Assembly: GCA_053919585.1 (NCBI GenBank)
Contig: CM132790.1
Direction: 5' to 3' (one strand)
Origin: Euprymna scolopes
Lineage: Eukaryota
Length of the DNA stretch: 57,359 bases
Positions 10,143 through 24,321 of the stretch are shown here, in pieces. The position numbers were made by a program, and so were the translations under genes. Each line of letters opens with the position of its first letter. Positions within the stretch are counted from its first letter, which is position 1. The notes under the pieces are model-generated. The model saw nothing but the letters and a program-made list of their open reading frames with translations. It was not told where the DNA came from and searched no databases.

Positions 10143-13100
10143 ATTAAACGATTTGGGTTTTTTTTTTCTAAACTGGAATACTGTGAACACATCTGAATGA
10201 ATGTCAAATAGATTTTTTTAATTAACAAAAATGGGACCATCATAATCTGTTTATACCTTTTGCATAAACCGAAATACAACCTAATATAATCTCCACTGCT
10301 TACCATTATTTCTACGATGTTCTGAATAATGATTGATTAAATTCTTTGTAAATAATTTATGTGCATACATATATAAACACCTACATGTGCCCATTTATAT
10401 ATTGTTTCTAAAATGTAATTCTATAGTATATTGATGTGTATTTGTAAATAACTACTATATCATATTTTAAAAACAATATATATGCCGCTCCCCGTTTGGG
10501 GATACCACATTGATTAAAGGGAAAATCATTCCAAACTCGCATTTTCGTATAAATAATTGAATTAATTCAAAACGGATCGCAAAAATNNNNNNNNNNNNNN
10601 NNNNNNNNNNNNNNNNNNNNNNNNNNNNNNNNNNNNNNNNNNNNNNNNNNNNNNNNNNNNNNNNNNNNNNNNNNNNNNNNNNNNNNNNNNNNNNNNNNNN
10701 NNNNNNNNNNNNNNNNNNNNNNNNNAATTCATATATATTCCGAGTTGATACGCTTTAGTAACATGAAGTTTGGATAGAACTAAGCATTAGGCATGCTAAG
10801 AATTAACTAGACCAACGATACAGCATCTTTTATTATTTTTTCTTAGCACACAGGTTAAAATAATATTTTTATTTACATGAACAGTTTGACGTCATATGTA
10901 ATTAGAGTTTAATTACGAACAGTTTTAATGACATTGGTTAGTTATTTCTCTTTCTCGTGGAGCTGATATAAGAAACATAACTGCAACAAAGTAGTTGCTT
11001 AGAAATACACATCAATAGACTGTCTCTTTTCTTATATTGTAACAATTCTATGCAACCCTGGAGAAATAACAAAGATAGACTCAACTAAAAAGAAAGATAA
11101 TTTTATTCGCAACCGAAAATAGATGCCATATGCCTCACGTTTACTTTTGCCAGGAAAGGAACAGAAACTGTTTGACCGATATTGATCAAACAAAGTACCA
11201 ATACGGAAAACAATGGACTCTATTTTCTTCATTTCGTTTTCCGATAAACTTAAACCACATTTGTGCATTCATACATAAAGTTGTATTTAATACACACACA
11301 CACACGTATATATATATATATATATAAGTGTGTATATATGCAAATGTATATATGTATGCATGCATATAAACATATACACCCACATGCATAAATATATATG
11401 AACTTATATCTAAAATGTCTTATTATTATGGGGATAGTTGCTATGTCTGTAACCGAAGATACGTCAACGTGCAATTCGACTAAGTGTTTAAAACTTACAA
11501 CCGTATTATAATTAACCGTATTATAATTAACCGTATTATAATTAACCATGTTTTAATCAAGAAAAATTCGCTTAATCTATTGACCCCGTTGACCGAAGTA
11601 TTCCACTTGTTTTCAATTAAATTTTAGAAAACAAAATATTGGTTCATAGAATGATTCGAACGCAAATTAACATCCTACTTCTAAACTAATTTTAATAAAT
11701 AAATTATGCGTATTTACAGTTTGTTATTGTTTGTTTATTAAAAATATAATAAAATGCTCAGGCAATTGTATGTTTGTCCGTACGTTATCACCCGGAAAAC
11801 GTATTTTTCTTATTAAAATAAAATGGTTGGATAAAATGTTAAAAATATTTTTTTAAATTTCATCTGATGCCGTTTTAATTTGAAGATGAAAAAAAAGCTC
11901 AAACTGAAATGCAAGTACAACTTAAGCTAAGATGTTATACCCAAGACTCTCCTAAACCTCAACATATCATATATAGTTGCTCTATTATGCAACTATCCAC
12001 TGTCCATTGTATAGGCTCCATAAACAGGATACTATGTCAGTAAAGTTATTCATGAAAAAAGTTCTAAAGAGAGCTTTAGAGGATGCAGGTGAAATTCTCA
12101 TTGATATTTCAGTTAAACAGGAAACAGAACATGCAACGCATGGAAACAAATCATCTTCCTCTCTCAGGAAGTGTCCAAGATATTCTTATGCACGAAAGGA
12201 TTCGATCAATTAGGTATAGTATCCTGAGCCATTCTTTTGTTTTTACCTCCTTCTCAACGTTAACTGTTTTTCATTGTGATGATATTATACGTGTGTGTAT
12301 AAAAATATTGTATAAAAATTGTATGAAAAATATATTAGGTTCATATATTTTTCTATTTATTACTTATCTGTTTGTGTACCGAAATAGAAAATGTCCTTCT
12401 GTTCTTAAAAAATAAACTGTTTCGCCGTTTATTTTCAGGCCAACTATGGTTTTATATGTGGCATAGTTGTTAGCTGAATCTCTTTCTAAACCGCCGAAAT
12501 TGGAGCTCCGTGACGAAGATGAATCGAATAGCACTGGAAACAAAACTGAGACTTGTAATGTTTGTAAGTATTACGAGAGCAACACAATTTCCCGATACAC
12601 CGCGTCAGCGTCTTCCAAGCAGCTTGGAAACAAACGTGGCGCAAACAATCAGACGATAAATTTAAAATCGAATTAAAAAAGAATGAAAGTAAAACTGTAA
12701 AAATAATTACCGTAATTTTATTTATATAAAAAAGAACATTTTAAGCCAAGCACTTGAAAATTGTTTGTTTTTTAGTTAAAAAAATAAACATTTTGAAGAG
12801 AAAAGAAAACAAAAAATATATACATAATTTTTACGATAAAAAACTTAGAGAAGCAATCCTTATAAATATTTTTTCGTTAAATCTTTTTTCTGGATATCCT
12901 TTCTATAAATTTGGTAGTGGGATCACGTTCATATTAGAACTATGATGACTCCTGATTGAGAAAACATTATCAATCTTATAGCTGTCCAATTCCTCTGCAT
13001 TTTGTTTATCGCTATGCAAACTTGTCTGACTTTCTCTGTCATCATGCTGCACGTCTATTCAACTTTTATCTGCATTTGTCAATTTATCTATATCTATAAC

Positions 13101-13858
13101 TATATATGTTATGGGGGTATGTGCTTCCGTTTATGCGTGCGTAGAAAAGGTCTCAAATCCCAACTCGAATATAAAACCAGTATTCTACAAAGGTTATATG
13201 CTTGTTCATTTCATTTAAAATAGTTGCAAAAGAAAATACACATCCATTTTACTATAGTTGATTGAATTTATCATAACTTTTCTCGTATTTTGTTCGAGAT
13301 TTTACCTTTATAAAGGCATAATTTAAGTTAATTTCAGTCGTTTTAGCCACATTCAAAATTTATAAGAAATTAAGTTATTTTATCGTCTGTTCATACCAAT
13401 TCTCATTGTAAAACGTTTTTAGACGAAAGTGAATTTTTCTAAACGTTTGGTTTAATGACAGCTGCATCGATAATGTTTGTGTTTTTCTTTTGTGGAAGAT
13501 AAACGAAATTGGAAGTTGTTTGAATAAATAACGCATTTCTTTTGGGAGGGGGGCGAATTGGTGATATTATCTTTTCTTTTCTTACTGCCCAGGATTGCAT
13601 ATCCTATAATATATTTCTCTCAAAGGCAAACAAAACTCCGACTTTTTCTCATTTAGTCACGCGCGCAAAATATTTCCGGATGCTCTACAAAGCAGCTTTT
13701 CATTCTCTTTTTCCCTACCTCCAAAATATCAGTTATGTTTTTGTTCGGCACATTTCAATGAGTAAAGTTCTTTTATATAACTACGCAAGAAAAAAGTAAA
13801 GGGGAAAGTAGTTATTTTGGTACATGTAACTGTTTGCGTTGAAAACAGAATATATATG

Positions 13859-13892
<34 letters not shown>

Positions 13893-14099
13893 CATATATG
13901 ACGCTCCTCTCTCTTTCTACATAACACCGAATAATCATGAATAAAATAAGTTATAGAAATTTGAAGGTGGAATATCATTGTATGAGAAACATTAGCATAA
14001 ATTGAAGAAACAATGAGAAAATTCCATATAGTTACGAGACACATAAGTCTATTTACCGTGTTTCAACGCACTTTCCAATTTAACATGAGCCTATAATCG

Positions 14100-14585
14100 C
14101 AGCAGTTATTAATCAACATGCCTTGAAGGTTGTTTACATCATAATCCCAGTGATATTTATTAATTTAGAATCTAAACGATGGGCTCTATGAATATCTAAA
14201 TCAAAATAATATTTAAGTAAAAAAGTGATTTTTTAAAATAATTTGTGTTTTTTATGATTTTTCATAATTCTGGGTTTTCAAAATTGAATTATAAATGTCA
14301 CGTCTTTGCTGATGAAAATCTGGTGAAAAAAATTATAACAGCTGTTTATGTGATATAGCAAAGAAAACAAAGAATAAACATATTTAGTCTTGGTTCTCCT
14401 GATACCAGTAAGAACTACACGTCGGCATATAGAATTATAAAATTATAAAAGCCCGCAGCTACATAATCTATTACATAACCATTGTAAATAATCGAGGAAA
14501 TATCTCTAGATGTATTTCTATCATTGAAATACTGACCTCAAACCATGAATAAGGACACAGTTAAAGTCACCTATAAATGTAGTTT
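14100..14585 (+). pseudogene. Highly degenerate Penelope-like retroelement ORF fragment (RT thumb/linker)
   Basis: Interrupted translation gives PVIFINLES, NSGF, RKQRINI, WFS, SKN and NKDTVKVTYKC, resembling PLE motifs P.YIN..SNHP, RKRNIIWFNPPYSKN and NRNTVKVSYSC. Confidence 0.35.
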
Positions 14586-16072
14586 TAACCGGAAACATTG
14601 AATAGAACACAATTATTTTAATTAAGCGATTTTAACGTTTCTTACTACATATTTATTTAGTTTAATTTTATATATCGATTGAACTGCTGAAGCTTGGATG
14701 AAAGTAAAATAACTAAATAATGGAGTCTAATAGTTATAGTCAGGTTTTTCGTACATAAACTATGTTGACGTATTTGCTTAAGACCTTTCTCAGTTTAGTG
14801 GTTAAATAAATTGAATTTCACTATTTATCTAATAGGAAGGAATGAATTACTTTTGTTTTATTGTGACCGAGAGTCAATGAATTTCATTCAAACCCTATTA
14901 GAAGAATACAACTAATAATAAACAATTTACCAGTTATGAGTGTTATATAATTATATCTTTAAGTTAATTATACTTAATGCCACAGTAAACATGTATTTTA
15001 GTGCAGGAATGAAATTTGCCCTATATGAACCAAATTCAGTTTACAATATATATGGAGTGAACTGAAAAGTGTTAGGTATTTAGCATTTGATCATAGATGT
15101 GGACACATGTAATAATCGATATATTCATGTGTTGGAATTACAAAGCATGACAAACCTCATATATAAAAGTTATATAGTTCAACAACATATACACTGTTAC
15201 TTATAAAGTTTTATTTAAACGGATTAATGATAAGACGAAGATGAACATAACAAAATGACGTTATCTTTGTGCAGGTTTTTTTTATATTACAGAAAATGAA
15301 TCAATATAAGTAAATAAAATGTTTTATTATTTTTATTGTGAAATTGAATAAATGAAATATTTTTATATACTATAACGAGATAAACGAAAAGATTCCATAG
15401 AAAAAAATGATAAAAATATGTTTAGATGTCAAGCAACGAGTAAAATAATTTAATAAATTTGTAAGGAAATTTCGTGAAAATGAAAGTTTTTACTTGAAAA
15501 AAAGTGACTTTTATAAAATCATTTGAAAAGAACTAAAATACAATATATTCAATAATGCGTTATGTTTGGCGTGTTCATAATTCATCTATTTTGTATGAAA
15601 ATTGCAGACTGTTCTCATTCGACTGAAGTGTTGATTCCGTAACTATTTCTTATTCTACAATTGATTGATATGAATGCACTTGATGCATTCGGATAAGTGA
15701 ATACCAAATGTTAAAACAAAAACTATCCGATTATCTCCGAGAAAATAGAAGAATACATATAATCTATATTTCATCAAAGCATTTAGGACGCAATTCACCA
15801 ACGGACATTATGAAAACTATACTGCTACGTACTGAATTAAATAAGACAATGCTTTCATAATAAAACTATATTAAAAACTAAAACTTTATCTATAGTATTT
15901 TTTGTTTTCACGAAATGATAGATTTGCAGTAAGATTTTTAAAATTAACAATATTCCGTGCTCATTACTTAATAATTACGGAAAATTTCATTAAAATTGGT
16001 TATTTCCTGAGAAAAATCATTTTTTTAGAAATGGAGAGTCACACATTTTAGAAAACATTTTTTAAATAAAAA

Positions 16073-16457
16073 TTTAAATGAACACATTTGAAACCTGGAA
16101 ATGTTATAAAATGATAACATCATTTTTATTTACTTATTTTTATTTATTTTTCATTTTTTAAGTCTGAATTTTCGCCAATAACATGGTTTTACCAAGGAGA
16201 GGATTAGTCCGATTTAGTATCGTTTTCTTTTTCTTCATGACGTTGTTATTAGGAGTTCGAAGCCTCTCGAAAAGAAAGACGTCTTGTGCCGGTGCTGTTT
16301 CAAATCCGTGTGTGGAATCGCTCGGTTTAAACACGAAATTTTAAAAAATGGAGGCTAAACGTGTGAATCTCCTTGATATAGCTTTAATAAAAAAAGTAAA
16401 TAAAAATGATTTTATCATTTCATAACATCTTCAGGTTTTCAAATGTTCTCATTTAAA
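16073..16457. repeat. Inverted repeat with ~70-bp diverged arms and ~250-bp spacer
   Basis: tttaaatgaacacatttgaaacctggaaatgttataaaatgataacatcatttttatttactt versus aagtaaataaaaatgattttatcatttcataacatcttcaggttttcaaatgttctcatttaaa. Confidence 0.65.
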
Positions 16458-16473
16458 TTGTTTTTTTTTTTTA

Positions 16474-16655
16474 ATATATTGTTGTTTGTTTTGATTACAA
16501 AATATATTGTTGTTCGTTTTGATTAAAAAATATATTGTTGTCCGTTTTGATTTTATAAATATATTGTTGTTCGTTTTGATTTTATAAATATATTGTTTTT
16601 CATTTTGATTTTAAAATATTGTTGATTGTTTTAATTAAAAAATATTTATTGTTCA
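16474..16655. repeat. Minisatellite, ~27-29-bp unit (aaatatattgttgttcgttttgatt...), ~6 copies
   Basis: Direct reading. Confidence 0.85.
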
Positions 16656-17959
16656 ATATTATGTTTATTGTTTCATACTTGCTTATTGCCTAAATTAATA
16701 TTTCATGCTTTGCATCATTTGATTGTTTTTTTGCTTCAAACATACGTAAGTTTGCATGCATACATTTTATATGTTGAATAAAGTTCCGTCTTACTATTTA
16801 ATCACGTTTCTTTCTTTTCTTCTTAATAAATGTTATTTATAAGTAAATAATGAACGTATTTTAATCTAAAAATCCATGAAATAATAAAAGGTTTAATTTA
16901 TTTTAACGCATAAACACATTATGTTTTTGTTTTGAATTCTTTCTTTTTAAACATAAAATGAGTTTCAGTATAGGTAATGTCATTATTTTTCTCTTTTGAA
17001 TATTATTTTAAAGTTTTCTAATGCTTTTAAAAATAATTGTTGGCTTCCCTATCGATAGTCTGTCTATTCAATGGACCTTGCTTGCTAGGAACTCAGCGAA
17101 GACGTCATTTTTCAACTCACGTTACCTACCGACATATACAACGAAGATCGTAGCACAAGTGACCACATATAAACAGCAACAATCCCCAATAAGTCTCTCT
17201 TGTCGAGAAGTGAGTGTAACTACCTGCAAATCACTGACAATCACTGTCATAACTAGGGATGTGACAACAGCATATTCTTTTCATTGTTTTGACTCTTGAT
17301 TATTCATCCATTTATATTTTATATGTTTTTATATAGACAGATGTAGTTCTAGGTTGATTAAGTGTATCTAACTGTATTGGATATATAGTCGAGAGTCAAA
17401 AGAATGAAAAGAATATTCTGTTGTTATAGCCCAAGTCATAACCACCAGTGACACACTGTTCGCCATTAATGACAAATAGTTTCATTTTGGAGCAGTCCAA
17501 TAAAAGCTAATACTGCGTTTATCTGAGATTAAACACCGAAAACCGATAATGGCAGTTGGAAAGCAGTCAGTGGTCATCAGTAAATGAAAATAACCACCCC
17601 AGTACATGATTAACCGTAACTGACCGGCAGCATCCAGTGACTTCAAATGCCCAACAATGCTAGACAGTTGAAAGCAGTTTTAGTTATGTGCAGTCCAATG
17701 ACTGTCACTGTCAATTGAAAAGGCAGCCAGTACACACTAGTACTGGCAAGCAATCGCTCCAAACAAACACTAATCACCAGTAAGATACAGTGCTAATAAT
17801 GACAGCCAGTGGGTTTCGTTAGTTATCACTGCCAGACAATGCTCGATAGTGGGAAGCAGATAATTTACTTCTGGTAGTTTAATTTGTTTTAAATGAGTTA
17901 ACGTTAACGAACACGTTCTCGCTGTGTGTCATACTTACACCGGGCAAAGTGACCTGCTA

Positions 17960-18034
<75 letters not shown>

Positions 18035-18035
<1 letters not shown>

Positions 18036-18453
18036 TAGCATGGGTACCCGGCGTTGCCCGGGTGTTTGGAGGTGTATGCTGAGCAAAAAAAGGGGGTAAT
18101 TTTTTAAACTTTGACCCCTATTATGACCCCTGAAAATTTATTGTTTTGGCCTCAAATCAAGTTATTAAGTTAGATCCATGTTCACGGAAGCTATATCTAA
18201 AATTTCAAGTGTGTAGACCCAAAATTGTCTGAGAAGTTAGGTAGAGTTCTCAAAGCTCAAATCGTTGAACTTTGACCCTTTAATCGCCAAATTTCTGGCT
18301 AAAAACCGATCACATAGATTTTTCCAAATCTCAGTACCCTGTATATCAAATTTCGAGTCTGTAGACTAAAAATTGACAGAGTTATTTCGTAGGAAAATGT
18401 ACACAGACACACACACACACACACACACACTTTCACTTTTATAGATATATAGA
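18035..18453 (-). mobile_element. Non-autonomous Helitron, family A, complete ~420-bp copy
   Basis: Minus strand A|TCTATATATCTATAAAAGTGAAAG...CCCGGGCAACGCCGGGTACCCATGCTAG|T: canonical TC start, subterminal hairpin, CTAG end, A-T target, no TSD. Confidence 0.9.
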
Positions 18454-19054
18454 TTTAAAATTTGAGTCTGACAGAATGACAAAATTATATTGCAAACCGA
18501 TATATTAAACAAACGAACTTCAAAGAGACAAATGAACACATAAGTAAAAACAATTTGTATTAGAAAACATTTATTATTCCACGTCTTTTTTTACAGACCT
18601 GACGACTGAGGTTCGCTCTTAATAAAAATTGTTTTTTATAGTCTTAATTTTGACTTCCCTTTTCATAAAAAACTAAAAAAAAAAATCAAGAAAGAAAAGA
18701 AATTTAATTTTATTTTTTCATTAATTTCTTTCTCTGCAAAGCAATTCTTTCAAACTTACTCTGTTTCCAAAATGTTTTTATTTTATTCCCCTCCCCCTTC
18801 ATTCATTTTCCTCCGCATCCTGGCAAGTATTAAAATAAACCATTTATAATATTTATTTATGGATTTATTTACTTATCATTTCTTTTGTATCGGTAAATGA
18901 ATGCCATTTAAAAAAAAAACTGTATAAGTCACGTTAAAGGTGATTAAGTTGGAAAGTAAGTAAAAATTTACCCTTTTTACTTTTATACGATTTCTGATCA
19001 CTTTGAAAAAGGTGTGTGTGTGTTTTAAAAATGTTTTTTAACTGCTATAATCTC

Positions 19055-19094
<40 letters not shown>

Positions 19095-19097
19095 CAA

Positions 19098-21120
19098 CGT
19101 GAGTATTCATATCGTGGGTTTGTATTACTGTACACATAGATTCGAAAAAATAGTCAAAAACAAATATATAAATAAATGTTATCAAAGGCAAGATAAGTTA
19201 CTTTTCTACCTAACTGGATATATTTTTTGTGTTTTTATTCAATGTAATATATTTATTCAGCTCGAAAAACATACAGTGTTTACCGATGTGTTGGAAAATT
19301 CAAGATAGCGTCTCACACCCTCTTTAACACCGTAAGTTTGGGAAAAGGTGTTATAAATAAAAAACTATACAAAATACTATTAAAAACCCGCCGAATATAT
19401 GTCAACCTATGTCACGGTAACATATATTGAGCGAGTTTTTAACAGTATTTTAACAGGGCACATCGTAAAAACTGACCCATTAATTTTCCTGAAGTAAAAA
19501 CTATATAGTTTTTAAAATTTTTAAACTATACATTATAAAAAGAAAACTGTTCGAGTGATTTTCTTTTACATGGCTGTCACCACTTATCAAGGCCCAGAGG
19601 CCACTCAAGGATAAGGGTTAATAGGTATACATTAGTCATTGTGATTTTAGCATAGTAAACAGTGGGAATTTTGTAACTTGGATTACTTGAAAAAGAAAAC
19701 TGTTCGAATGATTGAAAATGAAAACAAAATAACAATGTAAACATATTGATAAGAAAAAAACGAAAACAAACGAAGTTTCCGTTTCAGGAACCCGAGTTTA
19801 ATTTTATGTCGTAATCATTCAACTCGTTAGCGGTTTTATTCAGCGATTAGGGATAACCATACGACATATCTAATTACCAAAGCGATTTTTTTTAAATTAA
19901 AACTAAACCTGTTTAGTTTTAATGAACCAATTTTTTTAAAGCCAACACTTTAGTTATTTTGAGAGCTTGCAACTGCACCCGAAAGGTTAATTAGGAAACT
20001 CCAAATCCTTTTATGACTCGAAAAAAAAAGGCTTTTTATCGGCTTAAATGATAAACTAATGTTAAATATTAGTATTTAATATAATGAGATATCAATCTAC
20101 ACAATTTGCCATCGATTCTGAAATAAAATGAAATCCTGACATTGTGATCATTTTTGCAGGTGTTATGTGCCAAATATTGAAATAAGAATGTTTAAATTCA
20201 ATTATTGTAATTTAAGTCTTTAATTTTAAAGTCGATTTTATTCATAAAATATCTTTTTAGAAATCAATCTCAAAAACAATCTGAACAATAAATCTCTTTT
20301 GTTATGGCTAAGTTTTTGTCAAGGGTAGAAATTATAATAGACAAGTATTCATCCATGATGACATTTTACCGATTTCCTGGTTTACAGGTATTCTTGCTAA
20401 ATTTCTTCGAAAGAATTGACATAAACAATGCTTCAACTAAATACGTATATTTCATGCAATAATGACTTTTGTTTCTTCTGACTTTTCCTAAACTAAACAT
20501 AAAACATCGGTTAGGGTTAGTTTAACATTCTGTAAAAGTACCTTCCGTTTTGTTTTTTGTTTTTTTGTACTTCTGCAGAGAAGGTAAAAAAACGATAAAA
20601 ACTGGATATATTTTTCGTGTTTTTATTCAATTTAACATGTTTATTCAGCTCGAAAAGCATACAGTGTTTACCGATGTGTTGGAAAATTCAAGATGGCGTC
20701 TCACACATTCTTTAACACCATAAGTTTGGGAAAAGGTGTTATAAATAAAAAACTATACAAAATACTATTAAAAACCCGCCGAATATATGTCAACCTATGT
20801 CACGGTAACATATATTGAGCGAGTTTTTAACAGTATTTTAACCGGTTTTTTATTTATTACACCTTTTTCCAAACTTACCGTGTTAAAGAGAGAATCGGCC
20901 GCCATCTTGAATTTTCCAATACATCGGTAAACACTGTATGCTTTTCGAGCTGAATAAACATGTTAAATTGAATAAAAACACGAAAAATATATCCAGTTTG
21001 GTAGAAAAGTAATTTATCTTGCCTTTGATAACATTTATTTGTTATATATTTGTTTTTTGGCAACTTATTCGAATCTATGTGTACAGTTATACATACCCGA
21101 AATGAATTTAAGACCACGAG
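19098..21120. mobile_element. Fold-back-like composite: ~280-bp long inverted repeats plus an internal direct duplicate
   Basis: 19098-19375 is inverted at ~20845-21120; 19212-19454 is directly repeated at 20600-20842; the ORF track shows the same pseudo-peptide at 19099+ and 20875-. Confidence 0.65.
19561..19689 (-). mobile_element. Extremely 5'-truncated CR1-like insertion (3'UTR only) with 24-bp target-site duplication
   Basis: Reverse complement of taacccttatcc.tgagtggc...ccttgataagtggtga seen at 32398 and 48388; flanked by aaaaagaaaactgttcga(g/a)tgatt at 19537-19560 and 19690-19713. Confidence 0.8.
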
Positions 21121-21617
21121 TGAAATGAGAAAATGAAGAAAATCACATTTACTGTGTGTGTTTACTGTTAATATAAGTCAGCGGGTTTGGTTGCCATAAC
21201 AACGTGACGGTAGTGAACGTGTGTGTGTGCGTTTGTGCGCGTGTGCTTGCTAGTACTACTACTAAGTTTGTAGGAGCGTTTGATTTCGTGTAGTTTAGTT
21301 TCGTATAATAGTTTCGTATTTTTTTAATTTGTAAATAACAAGTTATTAAAAAATTAAACCCTTCCAAGATGGACAATAAATAAAGCCATAATATTTTATG
21401 GTAAAGGTAAGAGCGTAGAAACCATTGTTTTTTAGGAGATGTGATTATTGGATTAACCAATCAGAAATCGTCTGTGGCNNNNNNNNNNNNNNNNNNNNNN
21501 NNNNNNNNNNNNNNNNNNNNNNNNNNNNNNNNNNNNNNNNNNNNNNNNNNNNNNNNNNNNNNNNNNNNNNNNNNNNNNNNNNNNNNNNNNNNNNNNNNNN
21601 NNNNNNNNNNNNNNNNN

Positions 21618-21973
21618 GCAATAACTCTGTCAATTTTTAGTCTATAGACTCGAAATTTAAAATACCGAGTACTGAGATTTGGGAAAATTGATGTGACGGG
21701 TGTCAGCCAGAAATTTGGTTTTTAAGGGGTCAAATTTCAACGATTTGACCTTTAAGAACTCTACCAAACTCCTCCGACAATTTTGGGTCTACACCCTTGA
21801 AATTTTAGATATAGGTTCCGTGGATATGGATCTAACGTAATAACTTGATTTGAGGCCAAAACAATAAATTTTCAGGGGTCATAATAGGGGTCAAAGTTTA
21901 AAAAATTACCCCCTTTTTTTTTTGCTCAGCATACACCTCTAAACACCCGGGCAACGCCGGGCACCCATGCTAG
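21618..21973 (+). mobile_element. Non-autonomous Helitron, family A (5' end lies in the assembly gap)
   Basis: Reverse complement of the 18035 copy; ends cccgggcaacgccgggcacccatgCTAG|t. Confidence 0.85.
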
Positions 21974-21997
21974 TCTATATATATATATATATATAAT

Positions 21998-22245
21998 GAC
22001 ATAATCACATAAATTAATATACGAAAGTATAATTTTATGCGAAAACTTTAAGTATTTACTTCAATTGTGCTCAGTACATAGGTAGAGCTAGGTAGTATGT
22101 TATAAAAATATATATGGCAATAAAGCTACACAGAATATTCCGTGTTTCATCCATGCTAGGCTTAAGTCTGACGAATCCTAGCGTGGATGAAACGCGGAAT
22201 ATTCTGTGTAGCTTAATTGCCACATGTATTTTTATAACTTACTAT
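21998..22245 (+). repeat. ~245-bp hairpin element with hammerhead-like core (copy 1)
   Basis: Arms ~22093-22160 and ~22177-22245; core CTGACGA-atcc tagcgt ggat-GAAAC; homologous to 41381-41627. Confidence 0.75.
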
Positions 22246-22422
22246 ATATATCTTTTATAACTTATATATATTNNNNNNNNNNNNNNNNNNNNNNNNNNNN
22301 NNNNNNNNNNNNNNNNNNNNNNNNNNNNNNNNNNNNNNNNNNNNNNNNNNNNNNNNNNNNNNNNNNNNNNNNNNNNNNNNNNNNNNNNNNNNNNNNNNNN
22401 NNNNNNNNNNNNNNNNNNNNNN

Positions 22423-23598
22423 AGCAATAATTTCAATCCGCAATTTAGTATTTTCAAAGTGGCATTATCAATCCGAAATGTTGTTGCTGTACTCCTTAGA
22501 GTCTGATGCTCCAGATTAACCGCTTGCTAAAAATGAATGCTAGTGTAGAATTAAACGATAGAATGGTTATTGCTGAATTGTTACACGTCGTGAATAAGAC
22601 GTATGATATTATTAAACACACTGTGTATGCCCTTAGGACTGTTTTTCGTGTTGTCGCGAATTTGATAGAAGGGAAATATATTCAAAAGAAGGCTTACAGT
22701 ATGAGAAGTGATAAGATCCGCATCAGAAAGTTTCTCGGTGGCTTGAAAAGGTCTATTGCAGCAACTCAATCACAATCAATGGCTGAACCAACGAAAAAGC
22801 AGAATACTACTAAAATGACCATTTTGTAATGCAGTGCATAAACATCTGGGGATGAAGTCATATTGCAGACGACGTCGTAGCATTCTTACAGCGAAATCTA
22901 AGATCAGTCGTAAATAGAAAATCCCCTTGCTACTTAATCAACTGAGAGACCATGGCGGTACCGTACACATTTTTGTAGACGAGAAAAAGTCCGTGGCAGA
23001 CGAACTCTCCAACAGCAAAAACTCAAGAGTTATTGCTGATGACCCTTCTTGTGTACCTTCAGTTATGTGGAGCAAACACCGTGCCTCTGTCACAGTGTTT
23101 GGACTGTTTTCAGTGGTGGGAAAGTCATGCCATTGAACTAGACCTGAAAATTGAAAACGGCGCAATAGCTGAAGATTCTAGAGCAAGATTTCTCACCCTG
23201 GGCCAAGAAAAAATATAATCCCAAGAAAATGATGTTTAGACTCTTCACCTGCTCATGAGTCAAAAACAGTTCAGATCTGCTTGAAAAGAGAGTTTCCACT
23301 TTTTGTGTCCTCAAATATCTGGCTTTCTAGCTCACCGGATTTGAATCCCTGTGACTATTGCTTATGGGTCGATGTTGAGAATGTCTCTACTGCTCGCTCC
23401 CACAACAGCCTCCCTGAAGACCTCCATGTCAACTGTCAAGGCCTGTCGTGCTTTTAAGGCTCGCATGCAGCAAGTTGTGGATGCAGAAGAAAATCTTTGT
23501 ATTTGTTTGTATCTAATAAGACAAATCTTTTACTGTCCATTCTTTATAAAGATTTAACGTTTGAGATCTCAAACTGCCAATTCGTTTATACCCTGCAT
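22423..23598 (+). mobile_element. Degenerate Tc1/mariner transposon, maT (DD37D)-like; left end in gap
   Basis: Fragments IFVDEK, KNSRVIADDPSCVPSVMWSKH.ASVTVFG and WLSSSPDLNPCDY; right terminus ccaattcgtttataccctg. Confidence 0.75.
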
Positions 23599-23764
23599 AT
23601 GAAGATGCTATTTAGACTCATAAGTGTAGCTAAGCCTAGAATAATTCAGTACAGGACAAGAGTGGCTGCTTTACTTTGCTTTAACAGTGAAGAAAAAACC
23701 TTACAATAAGAACGGGATACAAGTATCGCATTATAAATATTGTCGTATCGTTTTTATTATTTTA

Positions 23765-23963
23765 CAGCAGAACCCCGGGATACGGCGTTAAAGATTAGTA
23801 ACACAATACAGTACAGTGTATAATACCCATGTATATAATCAAATAACATTACAAATAACACGGTAAAGCTGGGCAAATAACCGGGGGCCGTTAAATCATC
23901 GTATTCCACATCGTAACATGAAAAAATCATATCCTAAATCTACCGTATCCTGGGGGTATACTT
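23765..23963. mobile_element. ~200-bp MITE with pogo/Tc1-like TIRs
   Basis: ta|cagcagaaccccgggatacgg ... ccgtatcctgggggtatactt|ta. Confidence 0.45.
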
Positions 23964-24238
23964 TATTACTTTTTTTTTACTTTTTATTACTTTTATACTG
24001 ACAAGTAAAATTACGCAATGATTTACTCTAAAAACATTACTTAAGGTAAAATTATAAATTTCTTTCAGGCTGATGCTCATAGACATGTATTAGTTCGTTT
24101 CTACGACTTATCAGTGTGATTGTACCTAGCGAGATTCGCAACAAGAACCACAATGATGAGGATCCGACAATGAAACTCAGAGCAAAGTAACCCGGTCGCA
24201 GTAGTTTGAGAAATGAATATCATTATAAACGTTGTCAT

Positions 24239-24317
<79 letters not shown>

Positions 24318-24321
<4 letters not shown>

